A stretch of 64,000 bases of DNA from the NCBI GenBank assembly GCA_951813565.1, contig OX638351.1:1696001-1760000 (forward strand). The letters run 5' to 3'. Within the stretch, counting starts at the first letter, position 1; every line of letters starts with the position of its first letter. The translations under genes were made by a program, and so were the position numbers. The notes under the pieces were generated by a model that had not been told where the DNA came from, ran no database searches, and was given only the letters and a program-made list of their open reading frames with translations. Shown here one piece after another: positions 58,123-64,000 of the stretch. This DNA is from an uncultured Poribacteria bacterium (GTDB taxonomy: Bacteria > Poribacteria > WGA-4E > WGA-3G).

Positions 58123-59213
58123 CAGGACTTACGCAATAATCAAAAATTGTGTTATACTATTGGATTATGATTTCATTTACACTTCCTGAAAAGAAGCAAA
58201 ACTTACATTCCAACTATTGTCAATTTCTGATAGCAAGTTTCACTAATTTCACACAAACCTATTTCGCAGACCATACTGAGAAGTGGAGCCACGATCAACT
58301 CAATCGATACCTGAGGAACGAAAACATTCCTTCAAGCGAACTCTGGAAATCTGTAAAACCGGACATTGAGTTTGATGAAGATGGATACATTGCCTTTGAT
58401 GATGTCGTTCTCTCTAAGAAGTTTTCAAAACAGATAGAAGCTGTTTACCATCAATGGAGTGGTAGCGACAAAAAAGTTATTCGTGGCATCGGTATTGTCA
58501 CGTGTCTCTATGTCAACCCAAAAACTGGCGAGTATTGGGTCATTGATTATCGCATTTTTGACAAATCGCATGATGGTAAGACCAAAATAGACCATTTACT
58601 GGATATGTTGCATAATGCTGTCTTGAAAAAACAACTCCCGTTTCGGACCGTGTTGATGGATGCTTGGTATGTTTGTATGCAAGTGATGAAAGCGATTGAG
58701 AAACTTTCCAAGGTTTACTATGCGCCTCTGAAACGAAACCGACTTGTGAATGATACGGATGGTGTTGAACCACACCAGCATGTAGAAGATTTATCTTGGA
58801 CACAGACAGAAAAGCAACAGGGGAAACGGGTTCACATCAAAAACTTTCCGAAAGGGCATCAAGTGAAGTTGTTCCGGATTGTATCTGAAAACGGACGCAC
58901 GGAATATATTGTGACAAACGATTTATCTCAATCGGATGCGACTGCGACCAAAAACGAGTGTCGGGTTCGCTGGAAGATTGAGCAACTTCACCGTGAAATC
59001 AAACAGGTTACAGGTATTGATAAATGTCAGTGTCGTAAGTTGCGTGCCCAACGAAACCATATTGCCTGTTGTTTTCAGGTCTGGGTCTGTCTAATGCGTG
59101 CTGCACGGAAAGCCTCTCAAACGATTTACCGACTCAAAGATAGTTTATTGGATGATTACATGCGACATCAACTCTCTAATCCTTCAATAATTTTCAAAAC
59201 TGCGTAAGTCCTG
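58123..59213 (+). mobile_element. IS701-family insertion sequence (1091 bp)
   Basis: TIR CAGGACTTACGCA / TGCGTAAGTCCTG; 5-bp TSD TTGAT at 58118-58122 and 59214-59218. Confidence 0.9.
58167..59207 (+). CDS. IS701-family DDE transposase
   Basis: 'IAFDDVVL', 'VLMDAWY', 'RWKIEQLHREIKQVTG', 'RAQRNH'; stop codon lies within the right TIR. Confidence 0.88.
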   Translation: MISFTLPEKKQNLHSNYCQFLIASFTNFTQTYFADHTEKWSHDQLNRYLRNENIPSSELWKSVKPDIEFDEDGYIAFDDVVLSKKFSKQIEAVYHQWSGSDKKVIRGIGIVTCLYVNPKTGEYWVIDYRIFDKSHDGKTKIDHLLDMLHNAVLKKQLPFRTVLMDAWYVCMQVMKAIEKLSKVYYAPLKRNRLVNDTDGVEPHQHVEDLSWTQTEKQQGKRVHIKNFPKGHQVKLFRIVSENGRTEYIVTNDLSQSDATATKNECRVRWKIEQLHREIKQVTGIDKCQCRKLRAQRNHIACCFQVWVCLMRAARKASQTIYRLKDSLLDDYMRHQLSNPSIIFKTA

Positions 59214-59412
59214 TTGATATGTTATTTTTAGGGTATCTGAAATGAGAAACCCTCCCTGGTAGGTGTGCCATCAAAGTAATGAACATACTCATTAAACTTT
59301 CGTAAGTAAACCTATTCCACAACGGGAGGGAGTCTCTTTGGTCGAGTTTGGGATTCAACCGATCCCATGCGGATGTTTCTGCTGCAGTTAGCAGGAACTC
59401 CTTTTTCCGATG

Positions 59413-59772
59413 TCAATAGGTAATACTGGAGCCGCCAGTGATTAAAAACTCAACAGCTTTAGCACCGCCAACAATTAGGGCACTATCTACCAAGTTGTCT
59501 TCATCAAGATTGCGCTTTTTGAAGCACGGTGAGCAGACCCAAATTGTTCCGCCTACTTCAGCAAAATCTGCCATCAGTTGTTTCAGTGGCGCAAAACCCT
59601 CCTCCTGAATATGATCGGCATAACCGTTCTGTGAAAGATGCACGCCCTCTGTGCTGAGAAACACAACGGTTTCCACACCGGACGCGGCAGAAGCATTCGC
59701 AACAACAAAACCGACAGTTGCTTTGTCGGTATTATCTTTCCCGTGCGTAATGCTTATCATTAGTTTAGACAT
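59413..59772 (-). CDS. DsrE/DsrF-like protein
   Basis: 'ATVGFVVA', 'VFLSTEGV', 'IWVCSPC.KKR'. Confidence 0.85.
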   Translation of the reverse strand: MSKLMISITHGKDNTDKATVGFVVANASAASGVETVVFLSTEGVHLSQNGYADHIQEEGFAPLKQLMADFAEVGGTIWVCSPCFKKRNLDEDNLVDSALIVGGAKAVEFLITGGSSITY

Positions 59773-60035
59773 TAAGAATTATCTCCTTTTTTAATATAAA
59801 AATAGGCATTCTCTTCACCGCAACAATCTGCGAGAAGTTCATTGCCTTTCATGTTACACCATGCCGCGATGTCCACAGGCGCGCCTGGGTCCACAGCGCG
59901 GACTTGTGCAATCTGTCCCGATTCAAGCGTTCTCATGGATTTCAATAGTGCAATAATCAAGTCACCACATCCGAGTTCACCTAAATCAAAGGCAGCATCT
60001 GGAATAATATCAGGTAAAATGTTTGTTTCTTCCAT
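59772..60035 (-). CDS. TusA/SirA-family sulfur carrier protein
   Basis: 'DLGELGCGDL', 'DPGAPVDIAAWC..KGNEL', 'FYIKKG'; overlaps the dsrE-like start. Confidence 0.82.
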   Translation of the reverse strand: MEETNILPDIIPDAAFDLGELGCGDLIIALLKSMRTLESGQIAQVRAVDPGAPVDIAAWCNMKGNELLADCCGEENAYFYIKKGDNS

Positions 60036-60196
60036 AAAAATAAGAATACCACAGAATCAATCTCAAGTCAATCCAAATTTTTTGTAATTTACGCCAAGTG
60101 CATTTTTTAGAATCCTTATAAATGCAAGTAGGGTTAGATACATAACCTAACCCTACTAATGCCTGTAAATTGATATGAAAATGGTATGCTAAGTTT

Positions 60197-61066
60197 TTAG
60201 CGTTCAAGCCACCCTGGCAGTCTTACGTTTTCAGATAATTTCCACGCTGTGAGGTAAAGCGATGCTGTCCAACGGACTGCCTCACGCGAGCGATCTTTAG
60301 TAAAATCAAGCAAAACTGGTGATGGCTTCTTTAGGTCTCCATAATCATCTACAAGTTCATAAACACGATCTACCAAACTGTGTCCATCCTTAATCTGTTT
60401 TACAATCGCAGGCATTAAATCTCCAACGATTTTAGCTTGTAGCTCCTTAGCAAGTTCTGTTGGATCAAGTTTCAGCATCTCAACTGAAGCATCAACCTTT
60501 TCATGGATACCGTCGTGTAACTTTGTTCCGTCTTCCTGAACAATTCCGTTGAAATGTACCGTTAGGTGCAAGGGCTGACACATGTCCTGTGCATAGTGTC
60601 CGAGAAACCCTGCATATACATAACACTTGTATTGAATCATAGGGTTATCCGGCCATTTACGATACTCTGCGAAAGCGATAGCGAGTCGTTCCGTCCATTC
60701 CGTCACTGCATAAGGTAGAAATCCAACTTTACTTGGCTCAAGCTCCATCTCTGCGCACAATTTTATAAATGCATCACGATCCGCAGGCACAGGATTTTCT
60801 TTGATAAGTTCAAGATCAAAATAGTGTTCACCGTGTTCGGCAATCCGCGCGTGAGGCATATCACGATTTTTAGATACATCAGGGTCGTAGGCGCAATGTG
60901 CAATCATTTTTTCTGCTGATGCAGAACGGAAAAATTCTGGTAGTTCGTCTGGTAGTGCTTTTACTGATGCTTGTGTTAAGATGTCGTGTCCACCGCCCCA
61001 CCATGCCCACGCGGGAGTGGTAAGGATAAGTGAAAACAAGATCAATATATTAAGGATACGTTTCAT
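60197..61066 (-). CDS. Secreted S1/P1 nuclease / Zn-dependent phospholipase C-like protein
   Basis: Signal peptide followed by mature N-terminal 'W..GH'; 'DPD', 'HYFDLE', 'GHYAQDMCQPLH', 'GIHEKVD' Zn ligands. Confidence 0.75.
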   Translation of the reverse strand: MKRILNILILFSLILTTPAWAWWGGGHDILTQASVKALPDELPEFFRSASAEKMIAHCAYDPDVSKNRDMPHARIAEHGEHYFDLELIKENPVPADRDAFIKLCAEMELEPSKVGFLPYAVTEWTERLAIAFAEYRKWPDNPMIQYKCYVYAGFLGHYAQDMCQPLHLTVHFNGIVQEDGTKLHDGIHEKVDASVEMLKLDPTELAKELQAKIVGDLMPAIVKQIKDGHSLVDRVYELVDDYGDLKKPSPVLLDFTKDRSREAVRWTASLYLTAWKLSENVRLPGWLER

Positions 61067-61104
61067 AATTCTCCTTTCAGAATTGTTTAAGGTAAAGAAA
61101 GATT

Positions 61105-62064
61105 TTAGTCAGCGGCAAGATATTCACCGGACTCAGCATCCTGCCATTGGAACTGGAGTTCAGCAGTTTCATGAGGTTTAAACGCTATAGCAACATCTTC
61201 AACGGGAGGCCCTACAATCTCAATCTGACTAAGATCTGCAGTGCCGCAACCCAATTCATCAGCATAGCGGAATAGCCCAATCTCTAAAGGTTCAAATCCC
61301 ATTGCTTTTGATGTAACAGCGTCTGCTGCAAACACATCACCACTTGCTACTGCAATACCGAGTGGAACAGAATTAGTGCCACCCGGACCGTTGCCTTGCA
61401 ATCCAACAGTCCCATCAATAATTGCAATGTCAGGTTTTAGGTAGCGCGAGAGTCGAAGTAGATTGATATTGAGGGTTTGTGCCTCGCGTGGCAGTTCACG
61501 ATCACCATGACTGTGATACCCGTGCATTTTGATGCGGTCTGCCTTGTGAAGGGTTCCCATTATCATATTCTTCATAGCAAGGGTCACAACACCAGCATCA
61601 TGTGTTTTTGCTATGGCGACAGAAATTGTGCAAGGACAGTCCAACACCGTCTTCGGCATCCTAACTGTCTCCTCTTCTCGCCCAGATAGAAAAACCTTTG
61701 TCTCTACCCATTCAGTTTCTTGGTGTAGATCAACAAGCCGAATCGAGACATCGTATTCTGCCTGCAATGCTTCATAACCGAAGATTTGAAATGCCTCGCC
61801 AGAAAAAGACTCATTCGCCCCTTCTGCGATAATAACCTCTTTTGGCGGTTGTGGTGTGCTTAAAAGGAAGTCAAGCGCGCCGCGCATGACATCAACATGT
61901 GAGGATGCAAGTTGATTTGTGCTGGACAAAAAATTCGGTTTCAACAATACCTGTTCACGGACTTTTAGCGTAAGGTCTTCTCGGATATTGTTTAGTGCTT
62001 CAAAAACGTTAGAACGACGTCTGCCAGTTTTGGCAAGACCAACTTTTGTAGCATTCGTAGCCAT
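61105..62064 (-). CDS. DUF362 domain protein
   Basis: 'VLLKPNF', 'KTH', 'TLAMKN', 'IIDGTVG.QGNGP', 'DVFAAD'. Confidence 0.85.
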   Translation of the reverse strand: MATNATKVGLAKTGRRRSNVFEALNNIREDLTLKVREQVLLKPNFLSSTNQLASSHVDVMRGALDFLLSTPQPPKEVIIAEGANESFSGEAFQIFGYEALQAEYDVSIRLVDLHQETEWVETKVFLSGREEETVRMPKTVLDCPCTISVAIAKTHDAGVVTLAMKNMIMGTLHKADRIKMHGYHSHGDRELPREAQTLNINLLRLSRYLKPDIAIIDGTVGLQGNGPGGTNSVPLGIAVASGDVFAADAVTSKAMGFEPLEIGLFRYADELGCGTADLSQIEIVGPPVEDVAIAFKPHETAELQFQWQDAESGEYLAAD

Positions 62065-62093
62065 AAGGTTCTCCTTTTAAATCAATGGGTGTG

Positions 62094-62993
62094 TTATGTT
62101 TCCATCTGTTTCAAATCATCTAAAATTGGACGTAGAAATCCTTGATGTTTTTCTAAGAGGGCAACAGCATCAGTTCTGTTAATATTTTTTACCAACATGA
62201 CAATTGCTATTTTCGCACTTCCCCTCGCCTGTTTCAACGTGGTGTCGGCAATTGTAGCATCAACCCCAGTAACCGTTTGAACGATTCGGATGCTCCGCTC
62301 AACAAGTTTTATGTTTGAGGCATGCACATCTACCATAAGGTTATTGTAAACTTTGCCTAACTTTACCATAGATATGGTAGTAAGCATATTTAAAACCAAT
62401 TTTGTCGCTGTACCCGCTTTTAAACGGGTTGAACCCGTTATAATTTCAGGTCCGACAATTGGCGTGATGAAATGGCCCACATATTCTTTCAATTCTTCTG
62501 CTGGCGGAACACAAGAGAGGAAAATCGTTTTGACTCCCTTAGTATGTGCTTCCTTAAGAGCACCTAATACATAAGGCGTTCGCCCACTGCTTGCAATTCC
62601 GACAAGCACGTCTTGTGATGTCAGTTGATATTCTCGAACGGCTTGAGCGCCGCGTTCCGGTTTATCTTCTTCGCCTTCTACGGCTTTGCGTAGAGCAACG
62701 TCCCCGCCTGCGATAATACCTTGAACCATCTCTGGCTGAGTGCTGAAAGTTGGCGGACATTCAGAGGCATCTAATACACCCAGTCTACCGCTCGTTCCTG
62801 CACCTATGTAAAATAATCTACCCCCATGATGAAACGCATCAACGATCATCTCAACGGCTTTAGAAATTGCTTCAGATTCAGCTACCACTGCTTCAATAGC
62901 ATTTCTATCTTCCTCGTTAAAAATTTGAACGATCTCTGATATTGATTTTAGATCGATGTTCATTGAGTTTGGGTTTTGTTGTTCTGTAATCAC
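62094..62993 (-). CDS. murQ: N-acetylmuramic acid 6-phosphate etherase
   Basis: 'TEQQNP', 'GAGTSGRLGVLDASECPPTF', 'GPEIITGSTRLKAGTATKLVLN'. Confidence 0.95.
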   Translation of the reverse strand: MITEQQNPNSMNIDLKSISEIVQIFNEEDRNAIEAVVAESEAISKAVEMIVDAFHHGGRLFYIGAGTSGRLGVLDASECPPTFSTQPEMVQGIIAGGDVALRKAVEGEEDKPERGAQAVREYQLTSQDVLVGIASSGRTPYVLGALKEAHTKGVKTIFLSCVPPAEELKEYVGHFITPIVGPEIITGSTRLKAGTATKLVLNMLTTISMVKLGKVYNNLMVDVHASNIKLVERSIRIVQTVTGVDATIADTTLKQARGSAKIAIVMLVKNINRTDAVALLEKHQGFLRPILDDLKQMET

Positions 62994-62995
62994 AA

Positions 62996-63904
62996 CTATA
63001 GCCGTGCCTTCGCCAATAAAACCGCGCCATACGCTGGTTCGTGTTTCGGAAATATTACGGAACCACCCAGTATTATCTTCTCAATCCATCTTTGAAGTTT
63101 ATCTGCCAAAATAGGTTGATGTAACAAATTACCGCCAGAAAATACAATCCCAAACGGATGTGTAAGTTCCAATTGCATAATCACAGTCTCTACTGCACAT
63201 GCAAGTTCACTGACAGCGGAATCAATTATTTGTGCTGCTCTCTTATCACCAATGTCTGATGCCTTAAACACCATTTCGGTCAACTGTGCAATTTCATCTC
63301 TGCTTGCTGCATGTGTCCATCGAATCAAATTGTTCGGTTCATTCAGCTCAAGTCTATTCAGAATTAGATTTGTCAATTCAGTTGAAGGTTCACGTTTATC
63401 TGCGGCACGCGCGACTGCTTGAAGTCCTTTTAGTGCGATATCGTAGCCGCTCCCTTCATCACCAAGTAGGTAACCCCATCCACCGGCACGTGCTTCTTTA
63501 CCATCCTTGCTAATGCCGTAGACAATAGAACCTGTACCTGAAATGACAATTACGCCTTCCTGTTTCCGAGTACCGCCAACTAACGCGATATGTGCATCAT
63601 GGGTTAGAATACGATCTTTGTTTATTCCTATCTCATCACAAATCTGTCCAATAACTTTTTTGTCCTCAGCACGCCCTAAACCTGCCATACCTAAACAGAA
63701 ACGAATAGTATTTAAAGCTGTGCTACCAACGTTTGCAGAAAGTTGAGAAACAATTTCTTTCAGGACATCATGTGTGCGTTCTATTCCGACTACGTGGTAA
63801 TTTGAAGGGCCAGCCTCTGCTTTAGCAATATATTGACCAGTCTCTGTCGTTAATAGACCGATGGTTTTGGTCCCACCGCCATCAATACCAATGATATAAT
63901 TCAT
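62996..63904 (-). CDS. BadF/BadG/BcrA/BcrD-family sugar kinase (GlcNAc/MurNAc kinase-like)
   Basis: 'GIDGGGTKT', 'ISGTGS', 'RAGGWGYLLGDEGSG'; adjacent to murQ. Confidence 0.85.
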   Translation of the reverse strand: MNYIIGIDGGGTKTIGLLTTETGQYIAKAEAGPSNYHVVGIERTHDVLKEIVSQLSANVGSTALNTIRFCLGMAGLGRAEDKKVIGQICDEIGINKDRILTHDAHIALVGGTRKQEGVIVISGTGSIVYGISKDGKEARAGGWGYLLGDEGSGYDIALKGLQAVARAADKREPSTELTNLILNRLELNEPNNLIRWTHAASRDEIAQLTEMVFKASDIGDKRAAQIIDSAVSELACAVETVIMQLELTHPFGIVFSGGNLLHQPILADKLQRWIEKIILGGSVIFPKHEPAYGAVLLAKARL

Positions 63905-64000
63905 TTGTTCTATCTTTTGCTAAAGAATGGCCTAACACGGAACATACGATTACGTTTCTAAATTCTCTGATCGAAATAAAAAACAATGCCTGCTACATCG

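Noticed and set aside
59340..59375. tRNA-like GGTTGAATCCC on the minus strand
   Set aside because: No cloverleaf or acceptor stem can be built

Overview
Bacterial chromosomal window, most likely from Candidatus Poribacteria. This is inferred from the tandem 'T.W.LP..AIARLG.G' WD40 proteins, secreted proteins ending in 'PVE..GKL.T.W..[LI]K', a DUF1501/DUF1549-1553 pair and a mostly A+T-rich composition. Core content is peptidoglycan turnover/recycling genes (amidase, Ala-Glu epimerase, murQ, a sugar kinase), an assimilatory nitrate cluster (nasT-nirA-narK-narB), gnd, mutL, mutS, truD, a heterodimeric ABC exporter, an MjaI-family type II restriction-modification pair, three WD40 paralogs, a GH127 hydrolase, a TusA/DsrE/OsmC module, and two IS elements (IS1595 and IS701 families). 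The main finding is that ORFs 22163..22963 and 21410..22147 are one gene split by an in-frame TGA in 'WGPLDDESC-U-ANG', followed directly by a bacterial SECIS-like hairpin. It would encode a ~517-aa bacterial homolog of animal selenoprotein N. Other signals are a sigma54 promoter with enhancer boxes plus a triple-ANTAR-hairpin antiterminator leader controlling the nitrate genes, an internal RBS/ATG in the Rpn gene (RpnS-type intragenic antitoxin), and intergenic regions made of nested MITEs and REPs. These include a ~36-bp covarying AATCAAC-hairpin-GG element without TSD, and a MITE that duplicates whole REP hairpins. All family assignments come from motif recognition by eye; no searches were run.
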